NCBI RefSeq assembly: GCF_046119375.1
Contig: NW_027362771.1
Span: 544,794,001 to 544,858,000, forward strand
Origin: Phyllobates terribilis
Taxonomy: Eukaryota
DNA length: 64,000 nt
Reading direction: 5' to 3'
Shown here: one piece after another, positions 52,330-64,000 of the stretch
How the letters are laid out: the number at the start of each line of letters is the position of its first letter
Numbering within the stretch: position 1 is the stretch's first letter
Translations under genes and position numbers: made by a program
The notes under the pieces: generated by a model
The model's database searches: none
What the model saw: the letters and a program-made list of their open reading frames with translations, nothing else
Told to the model about the DNA's origin: nothing

Positions 52330-52592
52330 TAAAAAGTGTAGGGGTATTACGGTCTCCAACATCCTATCCCAATATGTAGAAGGTGTAATAATAAAAAAAT
52401 ATTAGCATATACCTCCAATTAGAAATGTAGTATAGTTCTTCTGATTCGCTATGTCGCTTACCCCATGTGCAGGGCATTGCAGTAGCTTAGGTATCCATGG
52501 TTACGACCATTCATATAGTGAGTTAGTGGTTGTAACTAAGCTATTGCAATGCCCTGCACATGGGTAAGTGACATAGCGAATCAGAAGAACTC
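52330..52592. mobile_element. T2-type palindromic MITE (family also at ~60873-61180 and ~62395-62648)
   Basis: Shared core gcattgcagtagcttaggtatccatggttacgacc and its reverse complement. Confidence 0.75.
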
Positions 52593-53559
52593 AGATGAGT
52601 GGTCTCAAAACTGCAATGCTGTGGGAGGAATTTGGGGAGCTGACAGGGGCTCCTAGACGGCAGTGAGTGGATATGAGGAAGAAACAGCTGATTGTTCCCG
52701 TCTGTCAGTCCATGATCAGGGGCCAGGATCCAGAGGAAGGAACAGAGGTTGGGCAATAAGGAGGAAGCAGAGAATGAAGCATGGAGAAAGAAGACAGACG
52801 GAAAATAAATGAAACACGCCAAGAAGGAGAAATAGGAGGAAAAGTAAGATGAAAGAGGCTGTGAGCTACCTTTTTTCGGGAGTGTATACCTACAAGAGGC
52901 GGACATTCAGACGCAGTCTACTACGTCTGGGTGTCCACCTCCTGTAGGCGTACACTTCCAAACATGATGCATGTCAGAGCGCACGTTGGCTTTGCCGTCA
53001 CCATTACAGTCTATGGCCCCGTCGGGACATACGTCCAGACCCCGTTTTGTGGGGGATTTCGGACGTATGCCCTGACGGGGACACAGAACGCAATGTGAAA
53101 GTGTCCTTAAAGATGTGTGCACATACTCTTACATTGTAAAAGGTGGTGTAAAAGAAAGGCAATGACTTCGCTTTCCAGGCTCATTCAGCATTTTTCTACC
53201 AGGGATGGGCGTTATTCTATTAATAAGTAACGTAATACTGCCCCCTATTGGTGATAAAATAGACCGGATCACGGTCAATTCTAATGTCAGACTGAAATTG
53301 CTTCGTAAACTTTATTACCGACTCTTTCACAATTGAATCTTTCTTGTATGGATATTAGATGATGAGCTTAAAGTGCAGCAAAATTAAAAATAAATATATA
53401 TTTTTTAGTGGAAATCCACGTAAGAATGGGAAATATCGAGCTATCCGGAGTGACTTTGAACAAGGCATGCGGGATACGCGGGGGGTCTGGGATTTCATAA
53501 ACTCAATTTTGTGGTGTTTTCAGGTGCACCGAAAACAATGTGGTTGAGGAAGAACATCC

Positions 53560-53790
53560 AGCCAATGTTAGTCCAGTCCAGACTTGTGAAAGTGGAGTAA
53601 TGGAGTGGGGAGTGTTTTCCTGGCAGTCTAGCTCCTCTGATGCCTGTGGATGGACGTCTGGACAGTAGGGCTTACCTAAGCATTGTGGCCAACTAGGTTC
53701 ATGCCTTCCTGGCAGCTGTCTCCCCTATGGGAGGAGAAGGCTTTCAGCAGGACACTGCCCCATGCTACAATGATCATATAGTGGTTCCAG
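53560..53790 (+). mobile_element. Tc1 transposase fragment
   Basis: SGVMEWGVFSWQ...YLSIVAN...FQQDTAPCY. Confidence 0.6.
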
Positions 53791-54281
53791 GGCAGGTCCC
53801 AGCTGGTAAAACCATCGGCGTCAATCAAAACTACAGTAAAAGCAAGCTCTCATACAGCTATAGCTATTGGAAGAAGAAAGAAACCACAAAATCAAAAATG
53901 ATAACAGGGTTAAATCTAAAGGAACATCTAGAACGGGCTTCCTCCATCCAAGAAAGAAGAGGTCCTGCCCGTATGGCCAATATTCCTGTGATGTGATGGG
54001 TGTCTGCAATATATCCTTTGCTGGTAACATAATTGCTTCACAAACCAAATTCCCTTGTATTGAGAGACACCATGTACGACTAGTCGGAATGTGACTGGGA
54101 AGGATGTAAATCGCATACTAGTGGTCATGTTACCGCCTGTTGTCACCGGCAAAACCGCTGAATCATTTAGCACCGCACGCCGTCAGGATTTAGTAGTATG
54201 CAGTCACATATCAGAGAACCGGAAAACCCCTTTAATTCATGCACTTCCAGGGGGAATAACCAGAAGTACGAGGTCACATAC

Positions 54282-54397
54282 TTGATGCAAGGCTTGTTCC
54301 CCCGTTGGAACATACGAGGTCCGGCGCACTCGATGCCATTCAATGCTCGGCACAATACCTTTGTGTGCTCAACGTCAGCGTACGCCTGCCCCCCGAA
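54282..54397 (-). CDS. tm2d2: TM2D2 exon 3
   Basis: [38 protein letters not shown](K); 116 bp; ag/gt boundaries. Confidence 0.95.
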
Positions 54398-54499
54398 CTG
54401 TGAAAAAAGAAAAGGCAAAATTATTAATAATATGTATACAACTCTATCATCAGATACAGTATATAGCCCATCAATCAAATGGGAAAAATGGGCCAAGGC

Positions 54500-55146
54500 T
54501 GGACACAAGGATGCTGACAATTTTCATTTTTTTCCTCCTCTTCTTCCAAGAGACGTAACTTTTTTCAATTTTTCTATCGACTTCAGTGAGTGAGGGTTTG
54601 TTTTTCTTGGGGAACGATCTGTTGTTTCGAATGACACCACTTATGGAGAAAACACCAAGTGCGGAGAAATGATGAAAAATACCTTAATTCTGACATTGTT
54701 TTTTTTGGATTTTTGTTTTTACAGCGTTCGCGGTACAGTAAAATTTACCTTCAAACATGATTCTCCAAAGTCAATAAAATTACAGTGATACCAAACTTGT
54801 TTAAATTTATTTATGCGTAGAAAAGTGGAAATATTTAAGAAAAAAAAAAGTTCTCTCTTTACAGCATTTATCGGACTGGTTAATTCATTTTATTTTTTGA
54901 TAGGAGTTTTATGGATGCGGCAATACCAGGACCCTAACTGCCATGACACCCTGTGATCCCGACCTCAGGGATTGACAGCAACATTTAAATGGTTAAACAG
55001 CAGTGATCGCAGCTCCGGTTGCGGCTCTTACAGACAGAGGCCGGCTGTGTAGCACAGCACGGGGTACGGTGCCGGCTCAGATCCCGAGCTTTTCCTTACA
55101 TGGAGACCTGACGTAGCAGTATATCCACCGTCCAGGAGGGGTTAAG
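54500..55146. mobile_element. Non-autonomous TTAA-type (piggyBac-like) repeat, partial
   Basis: Ends gtccaggaggggttaa; resembles a dispersed AT-rich anuran repeat. Confidence 0.45.
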
Positions 55147-55183
55147 ATCACAGATGGATGATACGCTGTATCACTGGCGTTAC

Positions 55184-55271
55184 CTTGGTGCAGCCATAGC
55201 CAAGGTCCTGCTGGACGGACACATTTCCGGTGTGGTCTACCGGGTCGTCACAGTCTATAAAATCTTCAGGC
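55184..55271 (-). CDS. tm2d2: TM2D2 exon 2
   Basis: (L)PEDFIDCDDPVDHTGNVSVQQDLGYGCTK; 88 bp; ag/gt boundaries. Confidence 0.95.
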
Positions 55272-55567
55272 CTAAAAAGCAGAAATCAAAAAATATGAAG
55301 ATTATGTAGAAATATTTAGTCTTGGAGTCTGGAGCAGCCGCAAGTCTGGAAACACCGACCATGAGCGGCAGCAACCAGAGAGCAAAGGACACATCTATAA
55401 TAATGTCTCGTAATAGTACAACCATGGATGTGCGAGTCTGGAGCTAGGTCACTGCTGCCCCAGGGTCATCACAGCAGTCCTCCCCCACCACCACAGTAGT
55501 CCCCTCACTACCACTTGCACAGTAGTCACAGCAGTCCCCCTTCACTTCTTTAGTAATCATTGCATTC

Positions 55568-57692
55568 ACTGCAGCCCCCCTCCGCCTTCTCAGCAATCGG
55601 CGCAGCCCCCCTCCGCCTTCTCAGCAATCGGCGCAGCCCCCCTCCGCCTCCTCAGCAATCGGCGCAGCCCCCCTCCGCCTCCTCAGCAGTCGGCGCAGCC
55701 CCCCCCTCCCCTTCCTCAGCAGTCGGCGCAGCCCCCCCCTCCCCTTCCTCAGCAGTCGGCGCAGCCCCCCCCTCCCCTTCCTCAGCAGTCGGCGCAGCCC
55801 CCCCTCCCCTTCCTCAGCAGTCGGCGCAGCCCCCCCCTCCCCTTCCTCAGCAGTCGGCGCAGCCCCCCCCTCCCCTTCCTCAGCAGTCGGCGCAGCCCCC
55901 CCCTCCCCTTCCTCAGCAGTCGGCGCAGCCCCCCCCTCCCCTTCCTCAGCAGTCGGCGCAGCCCCCCCCTCCCCTTCCTCAGTAGTCGGCGCAGCCCCCC
56001 TCCACCTCCTCAGTAGTCGGCGCAGCCCCCCTCCACCTCCTCAGTAGTCGGCGCAGCCCCCCTCCACCTCCTCAGTAATCGGCGCAGCCCCCCTCCACCT
56101 CCTCAGTAATCGGCGCAGCCCCCCTCCACCTCCTCAGTAATCGGCGCAGCCCCCCTCCACCTCCTCAGTAATCGGCGCAGCCCCCCTCCACCTCCTCAGT
56201 AATCGGTGCAGCCCCCCTCCACCTCCTCAGTAATCGGTGCAGCCCCCCTCCACCTCCTCAGTAATCGGTGCAGCCCCCCTCCACCTCCTCAGTAATCGGT
56301 GCAGCCCCCCTCCACCTCCTCAGTAATCGGTGCAGCCCCCCTCCACCTCCTCAGTAATCGGTGCAGCCCCCCTCCACCTCCTCAGTAATCGGTGCAGCCC
56401 CCCTCCACCTCCTCAGTAATCGGTGCAGCCCCCCTCCACCTCCTCAGTAATCGGTGCAGCCCCCCTCCACCTCCTCAGTAATCGGTGCAGCCCCCCTCCA
56501 CCTCCTCAGTAATCGGTGCAGCCCCCCCTCCACCTCCTCAGTAATCGGTGCAGCCCCCCCTCCACCTCCTCAGTAATCGGTGCAGCCCCCCTCCACCTCC
56601 TCAGTAATCGGTGCAGCCCCCCTCCACCTCCTCAGTAATCGGTGCAGCCCCCCTCCACCTCCTCAGTAATCGGTGCAGCCCCCCTCCACCTCCTCAGTAA
56701 TCGGTGCAGCCCCCCTCCACCTCCTCAGTAATCGGTGCAGCCCCCCTCCACCTCCTCAGTAATCGGTGCAGTCCCCCTCCACCTCCTCAGTAATCGGTAC
56801 AGTCCCCCTCCACCTCCTCAGTAATCGGTGCAGTCCCCCTCCACCTCCTCAGTAATCGGTGCAGTCCCCCTCCACCTCCTCAGTAATCGGTGCAGCCCCC
56901 CCTCCACCTCCTCAGTAATCGGTGCAGCCCCCCCTCCACCTCCTCAGTAATCGGTGCAGCCCCCCTCCACCTCCTCAGTAATCGGTGCAGCCCCCCTCCA
57001 CCTCCTCAGTAATCGGTGCAGCCCCCCTCCACCTCCTCAGTAATCGGTGCAGTCCCCCTCCACCTCCTCAGTAATCGGTGCAGTCCCCCTCCACCTCCTC
57101 AGTAATCGGTACAGTCCCCCTCCACCTCCTCAGTAATCGGTACAGTCCCCCTCCACCTCCTCAGTAATCGGTGCAGTCCCCCTCCACCTCCTCAGTAATC
57201 GGTGCAGTCCCCCTCCACCTCCTCAGTAATCGGTGCAGTCCCCCTCCACCTCCTCAGTAATCGGTGCAGTCCCCCTCCACCTCCTCAGTAATCGGTGCAG
57301 TCCCCCTCCACCTCCTCAGTAATCGGTGCAGTCCCCCTCCACCTCCTCAGTAATCGGTGCAGTCCCCCTCCACCTCCTCGGTAATCAGTGCAGTCCCCCT
57401 CCACCTCCTCGGTAATCAGTGCAGTCCCCCTCCACCTCCTCGGTAATCAGTGCAGTCCCCCTCCACCTCCTCGGTAATCAGTGCAGTCCCCCTCCACCTC
57501 CTCAGTAATCGGTGCAGTCCCCCTCCACCTCCTCAGTAATCGGTGCAGTCCCCCTCCACCTCCTCAGTAATCAGTGCAGTCCCCCTCCACCTCCTCAGTA
57601 ATCAGTGCAGTCCCCCTCCACCTCCTCAGTAATCAGTGCAGTCCCCCTCCACCTCCTCGGTAATCAGTGCAGTCCCCCTCCACCTCCTCAGT
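55568..57692. repeat. 31-32 bp minisatellite (~68 copies) in TM2D2 intron 1
   Basis: Unit cctcagtaatcggtgcagcccccctccacct, with ordered variants. Confidence 0.95.
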
Positions 57693-57871
57693 AGGTAGCT
57701 CTGCTTGCTGTCAGTGAATGAGCACATTCCTCCCCAGGGATGGAGCCTGTACAGAGGGGACACTCCTGAACGCTGAGCTTCTATGTCCTTTGCACAGAGT
57801 GCAGACAATCCTCTGTATACACTGTAGCACACCCTCAGCTGTGAGCAGTCTGTAGGGGTTTTTATACTCAC

Positions 57872-58050
57872 AAGTACTCGCACAATACGAGGGGTCCCCG
57901 GGGGTCTCTCAGCTCGGAGGCCGGGGTGTTGCTCGGCTCAGGAGACGTGGCGGGGCTGGTGTTATTCTGCGTGGCGATGAGGGAGAAGGTGAGGAGCAGC
58001 CCCTGCCCTACCAGCAGCAGGTAACCCGCCGGGGGCCGCAGCCACCCCAT
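57872..58050 (-). CDS. tm2d2: TM2D2 exon 1 (signal peptide)
   Basis: MGWLRPPAGYLLLVGQGLLLTFSLIATQNNTS...DPRGPLVLCEYL|gtgag. The spliced CDS is 597 nt = 198 aa. Confidence 0.92.
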
Positions 58051-58765
58051 CTTCCTCCTGCCGCGACCTCACAGCCTCTAACCAGCTTCTTCCGCCAGCA
58101 CTCCTACCGGCCAATCACAGAGCAGAGACGTGACGTTAACGGAATGACGCTTCCTTACGTCGTACGTCACGGCCGTGGAATTTTTTGTCTCCTCTGAAGG
58201 CGCCATTTTTGAATAGTTTTCTATATCGTATACAATACATAACGGTCTACAAGAAAATGGCTACACCATAGAAAACACACGATTTATGCAGACATTGTCC
58301 AATTTACTACTATTGGCAAAAAAATCTTAATCGGTTGTAGTATAAAGCTCAAGTATATTTCTAAAAGTCATTATCAGTTATTCTAAGGATATTTTGAAAA
58401 TAATTATTGGTGCCGTAATGCTGAATACAGAAGCACACATGTGGATTGCGTTTCACAGGAAGAACACCAGGTGGCGCTCGCTAAACAGGGAGCCAATGGA
58501 CGACCGTGGCAAAACCGGTTCGCGCACGCGCACTGGCTATGTTGAGGTCAGAGAGTGATCAGCTGGGTTGAGTGCAGTGTGTGCACTTACATGGGAGAAG
58601 TGAGGCGGGATCATCATCATCATCATCCTGCTAGGAAGGGGATCAGCTATCACTGGAGGAAGCAGGGCAGGGGCTGGGGTATTGGGGTGCAGTGCTGTGA
58701 TTGCAGCTCTGGAGGGGAGGGTGCAGCACTATGCATCAGTGATCTGGACTCTGCATGTACATGTC
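58051..58765. promoter_or_regulatory. Bidirectional promoter region, TM2D2/ADAM9
   Basis: CpG-rich patches; CCAAT at 58111 and 58493; CRE-like TGACGT at 58131; YY1-like CGCCATTTT at 58201; CTCF-like ACACCAGGTGGCGC at 58464; NRF1-like GCGCACGCGCA at 58522. Confidence 0.65.
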
Positions 58766-58829
58766 ATGGCTGCTGCAGTAACTCTGTCCCCTGGGATCGT
58801 CCTGCTGCTCAGCTGCTCCCTGGTCTCAG
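58766..58829 (+). CDS. adam9: Probable ADAM9 exon 1 (signal peptide)
   Basis: gtcATGG Kozak context; MAAAVTLSPGIVLLLSCSLVS then a phase-1 donor G|gtaag. The name rests on the known HTRA4-TM2D2-ADAM9 synteny, not on sequence similarity. Confidence 0.6.
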
Positions 58830-59764
58830 GTAAGACCTCTGCTGTCACTGTCTGGTAGAAACTTCCCCCACTCTCTGCTAGATCTGCCACAACATCCTTG
58901 TTTTTTTTCTTTCCCTTTTTTATTGTTTCTTACACTTTTACCTGCTGTGAAACATTGTATCAGTCTGGAGCCTAAATCTAGACTGGGTGCAAGAGTAACA
59001 AACCCTCAGCTCTGGATAGAAAGTGTTTCCACTGAGATCTGATTCCGCAGACGTTCTGGAACTACAACCCCCAGTAGTTAGATCAGGCTGAGAGTTGTAG
59101 TTTTGCATCTGCGGAGCCTCAAGTTCTTGCAGTCGTTACTAAACATTGGTTTCAGTTACTTTATTATTGTGATTTGGCTGTGGCTACTCAGAGCACCGCC
59201 ACAAAAGATGGCGGTGTGCCGCTGCGACATCGCAGCATTACGACCCCCAAGGTACCGCAACAAGCAAGGTGCGAAAAGTTAGATTTTTTTTTGTGTGACT
59301 TCCTTGTTACAGTCGCGATACTCTGCAGATCGCAGTGCCACCCGACCCCGTTCGCTTGCGCCATTCACGGGACCGGTGTCGCCATGTTGCCCCTGGAAAA
59401 CTCGATCATTACTGGCTGACGAGATTTGTTCCTAAATCCACATTTGCAGCGTTTGTCACAATTTGAGGACTCGCTTTACATTTCTTTTGGTTGTTATATG
59501 GTTAATTTTGTTCAATCATTTCTTGGAAGAGCAGATAAATTTCTCCAGTTTTCGTGATCACTGACTGATTGTCGTCTCTATAATGTAATGTAGAGCTCGG
59601 CTCAGGGTCGGGCGCAGAGTCCCCCATGTACCGGCGGGCGGATGGGGTTTGCTATTACACAGTTGTTCCGCAGAATGTCCTGACGCACCCGTGATTTCTG
59701 GCATCGTCTCCATTCATTTGGTGTCCGGCCGTTCTCTTCCTCCTAAAATAGCTAAACAAAACTA

Positions 59765-60140
59765 TTGTGACTCACATGACACCTCCAGGAGCTCTGATGA
59801 CATCTTGGATAGAGAAGTGTGATCCCTCACTACACAGAACACATCTCCTCCAGAGTCCAGTGGTGGCGGCTTTACACCACTCCATCCTACGCTCGGCATT
59901 GTGCTTGGTGATGTAAGGCTGCATGCAGCTGCTCGGCCATGATGCTCCTGACGGGGGCGCATTGCTTGTGCTGATGTTAATAACCAGAGATGGTCTGGAC
60001 TTTGCAGTTATGGAGTCAGCAGAGCATTGGTGACTTTTCTGCCCTCTGTTCCTCAGCACTTGGCCCTCTGCTCTGTAATGTTACGGGGTCTCCACTTCGT
60101 GGTTGAGTTTCTGCGGTTCCTTCCACTTCTCAGTAATATC
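59765..60140 (-). mobile_element. Tc1 transposase fragment
   Basis: PYITKHNAERRMEWCKA...VL.SE..FSI. Confidence 0.65.
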
Positions 60141-60872
60141 ACTCACAGGTGATGGGGAAGATTTAGGAGGACAAAATGTCATGAACGGACTTTTTACCCT
60201 GGTGGCTTCTAGTACTGGACCGCACAGATATCAGTAAGCTCTGCACCACCGCGGCGTTCTGTCACATGTTAGTAAAGGCGGGGGGCCGGAGGGGTTATAC
60301 AGTGGGGGCGAGGGGCTAAATGTCATACACTTAGAGTGTGGGGTCGGATGTCGTACACCGAGGGGGGGGGGGTGTGCGGTGGGGCCGGGTGTCGTACATT
60401 GGGGGTGAGGTGCCAGATGTTATACACCGGAGGGGGGCGAGGGGACTGAATAATAAACCTCCATTCAATAATTCTGACGTGTGGCCGGTACTGTTCTCCG
60501 CATAGTGCCGGCGTCGCTGACTCGTGTCCTCCATGTTTTTCGGCCCAGTTCCTGGGAATTCTCGCTTCAAGAAAAGATTATCCTTTTTGTGATGTAAAGC
60601 AAAACCGTTTCCTCTTATTTCCTTATCGGTTCCTTGTGGTTTTCAAGGTCTCTGATTGCTGTTGTGGACGAGGAGCCTTTGTTGACTCTTCATGTGACCG
60701 AGACACAGAAAAACCCTGTAACTTCTCGTGGCAGGAAGATGACGGCCAACCTGGATCCATTACATGAAGGACACCGTATAATGGCGCCTGACATCGATTC
60801 TAATGAAGCCCATCAGGTTTCCATCACGGTGTCCTTCATTTTACTAGAAAAAAAAAAAAATATATCATAGCA

Positions 60873-61177
60873 TAAAGGGGCATTCCCATCTCCAAGATCC
60901 TGTCCCAATATGTAGTAGGTGTAGTAGTAGTAATAATATTAGCAGATGCCTCCCATTAGAAATGTAGTGTAGTTCTTCTGATTCGCTATGTCTCTTACCC
61001 CATGTGCAGGGCATTGCAGTAGCTTAGGTATCCATGGTTACGACCACTCATATAGTGACAGTTAGTTATTAGTGGTCGTAATCATGGATACCTAAGCTAC
61101 TGCAATGCCCTGCACATGTGGTAAGCGACATAGCGAATCAGAAGAACTATACTTTATTTCAAATTGGATGTATTTGC

Positions 61178-61180
<3 letters not shown>
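60873..61180. mobile_element. T2-type palindromic MITE
   Basis: Same family as 52330-52592. Confidence 0.75.
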
Positions 61181-61223
<43 letters not shown>

Positions 61224-62394
61224 AATAATAATATAATAATATATTATTAGACCATATTCACACCTTCAGTATTTGGTCAAGCACATTAATTATTTATAGA
61301 TGTGCAGAATTATAAAAACATGGCGACTTGATTCTTTGGAAACTGCTCCTTCCATGACCGTAAGTTTTGCCTGGTATTGTAGCTTGGCTCCATTCACTTC
61401 CAATGGGACTGAGTTGCAATGCCAGAAATGACCCATTGTCAGGGATGGCTCTATTTCTGAAAGAAGCAACCATATTTTTCTAATCTAACTTTAACTCCTT
61501 TTAACCCTTCGCGCACGCTGGCATGACTGCACTTCACAGTTGGGTTGCACGTATAAGAACTTCAGTCTGGTCCTGCTTTAAGTCTCCACCACTGTTCCTG
61601 GTATCTGTTATTGTCTGCCGTCCCATCGTCAATGCTGCAGACAATCTGTGAGCTCAGCAGCTCTGATGACCTTGTGCGTCAACTTGGGCAGAGGCACTGA
61701 ATTCACTGATTGGCTGCAGCACTGTCGACGTGACGTCAGCACTGCAGACAATAACAGACACTAGGAGCATTCGCAGCAGTGGCGACTCAAAGCCGGACCC
61801 AGCAATGGTGAATAAAGCAAAGCTTTTTTTTTTTTTTTTTAAACGAATTGGACCTGGGGACAGGGGTTTTCTGATACTGGAAAACCCCTTTAATTTCTAT
61901 GAACTTTGCCATTAGTGAAGACTTCTGAGGATATCTTGGAAAAGCAGCATGTAGCTCGATACGTCACCAGCATGAAGCGAAACCTTCAGTGTAAATGACC
62001 AGACTCGAGCAGTATCTCATTAAAGAGTTAAAACGGAGGCTGGTGTACTTACTTTGAATCTTGATATTAAGATTAGCTTTTTTTTTTTCTTTTTTTCTTA
62101 GTCCAGCTATAGCTCATGAGCCTGAATGTGTTCAGTCTCTGCCCACTCACCCATCCAGCATGACTGACAGCTGCAGCTTGTACTGAGCAGTGAAAGAGTT
62201 CAGCAGGGAGAAGGGACACTGAGGAGCCGTTAGTCCGGCCAGATGGAATGAGATTGAGTTAAACTTTCATAAAGGATTATACAGTCATTCTTATGTGGAT
62301 TTTCAAAGTAAGTATCTAGCCCTCATCAGGTCTAGGAGATCTGTTCAGTAATGTATACAATTTGGTAAGGCAACCCCTGTAAAGCGGATGTTTT

Positions 62395-62648
62395 TTTGAC
62401 GACCCTTTCCTCGTGTGCAGGTATTGCAGGACCTTAGGTATCCATGGTTACGACCAGATATAGTGACAGTTAGTTAGCTAGTTGCTCATAACCATGGATA
62501 CCTAAGGTCCTGCAATACCTGCACATGAGGAAAGAGACAGCAAATCAAAAAAACTATACTACATTTCTAATTGGAGGTATTTGCTAATAATAATATTACA
62601 CCTACTATGTGTTGGGATAGGATCTTGGAGATGAAAATACCCCTTTAA
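62395..62648. mobile_element. T2-type palindromic MITE (partial)
   Basis: Same family; ends CCCTTTAA. Confidence 0.7.
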
Positions 62649-62800
62649 GTCCTCTCTCATAATCTGTGGGGGCACAGTCAGGAGGCTCCTATAGAGACTG
62701 GATGGTCAGCCGAGATCGTCAGGTTTGGCCGACTTTTATCTAATAAGTATGGAGACCCTTAGACCCGCTTTAATTGAAAAGGGTTTGGGGAGACTCTATA

Positions 62801-63066
62801 GGGTATGTTCCCAGTGGACGAATTTGCTGCAGAATTCCCTCTACAGATTCAGTTGCGTCTCACAATCCGCTCTTTGCGTTTGCAAAAGTTGAAAATAACC
62901 GGATGTGGTGCAGATTTCAAGTCCGCGGCGCCGGTCAGTTTATGCTGCAGATTTTTCCCGGATGGGATTCCGAGAAGTCGTCTCACCCGCGAAGCTGCTG
63001 CTGTGATACGCAGGGGGGTTTTGTCCAGAAGGTCTAGATAGACATTTTGCTGTGGGAACGTACCCT
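62801..63066. mobile_element. Harbinger-like MITE
   Basis: Termini gggtatgttccca / tgggaacgtaccc. Confidence 0.5.
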
Positions 63067-63539
63067 GAATATTAGATAACCAGCAACATAATGGCTGAAT
63101 GTCTGCAGGAAACACAAAATAATTCTATTAGTGATCGTGCTCCTGTCCAGCCTGGAACAGCGATGATCTGCAGATGGATCTTCTGCTCCGGTGCTGAGAA
63201 AACACAGTAAGAGCCATTGATGCCCCAGAACACGAATGTGCATCAGAAAACAAAGGGAAAAACAAACATCAGCTCAAGAAAACCTGAAATGTGACCCGGC
63301 ATCCTGAGCCGCCCTCCTACTACGTCTCACAGGTACATGGGCCGCCAGTGCTTGGTAAATCAACAGGTCCAACCTTTCATTGCCCCTTTACCAGCTGTTC
63401 CCATGCATCACCGGACCTGGGCAGATAGTTGTTTTTATAGGTTTCTTTTATGTTTAAACTCAGCATTTTTATGTATAAAGCTATTACCCTGCCGCCAGAG
63501 CGCACACAGACTTAGTCCTTCTTCCCTCGACCACGCGTA

Positions 63540-64000
63540 GGGGAGAGCCCGCGGGTCTCACCTCTCCTTGCCCCCCGCGGATCTCACCTCTTCTTGCCCC
63601 CCCGCGGGTCTCACCTCTTCTTGCCCCCCCGCGGGTCTCACCTCTTCTTGCCCCCCGCAAGCCTCGCCTCGCCTGCCCCCGCGTAGGGGAGAGCCCGCGG
63701 GTCTCGCCTCTCCTTGCCCCCCGCGGGCCTCGCCTCTCCTTGCCCCCCGCGGGCCTCGCCTCTCCTTGCCCCCCGCGGGCCTCGCCTCTCCTTGCCCCCC
63801 GCGGGCCTCGCCTCTCCTTGCCCCCCGCGGGCCTCGCCTCTCCTTGCCCCCCGCGGGCCTCGCCTCTCCTTGCCCCCCGCGGGCCTCGCCTCTCCTTGCC
63901 CCCCGCGGGCCTCGCCTCGCCTGCCCCCGCGTAGGGGAGAGCCCGCGGGCCTCGCCTCGCCTGCCCCCGCGTAGGGGAGAGCCCACAAGTCTCGCCTCAC
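63540..64000. repeat. GC-rich ~25-bp minisatellite running off the window end
   Basis: Unit ccgcgggcctcgcctctccttgcccc. Confidence 0.9.

Noticed and set aside
55560-55985. Pro/Gln-rich ORF, plus ORFs at 3645-4776, 6354-7269 and 63558-64000
   Set aside because: Translations of stop-free minisatellite units with no splice or homology support.
60648-60845. Candidate ADAM9 exon 2 after ttttcaag
   Set aside because: The required phase-1 frame hits TGA at the third codon and shows no prodomain similarity; exon 2 probably lies beyond the window.
63540-64000. General rule that minisatellite G-rich strands follow the gene sense strand
   Set aside because: Holds for the HTRA4 and TM2D2 arrays but not for this array in the putative ADAM9 intron; too few cases.

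Overview
Vertebrate, almost certainly frog (anuran), genomic DNA carrying the conserved HTRA4-TM2D2-ADAM9 block. HTRA4 exons 2-9 lie on + (2651-37800; intact His/Asp/Ser triad; exon 1 is upstream of the window). All four TM2D2 coding exons lie on - (58050-52055, 198 aa). A probable ADAM9 signal-peptide exon 1 lies on + (58766-58829), head-to-head with TM2D2. Most of the rest is transposon-derived: three copies of a DD38E (Intruder-type) Tc1, several other Tc1s, a full-length Gmr1-like Gypsy element (integrase before RT, SCAN-like gag), LTR remnants, CR1/L2/RTE/L1 fragments, many MITEs and four large minisatellites. The most notable signal is a set of hammerhead-ribozyme (HHR) motifs in short insertions within HTRA4 introns. 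One is a 279-bp satellite-2/retrozyme-like unit with an intact-looking sense-strand HHR and an 8-bp TSD. The others are several Penelope-like fold-back insertions, two of them with 12-14 bp TSDs. All coordinates and alignments were read by eye; no database search was run.
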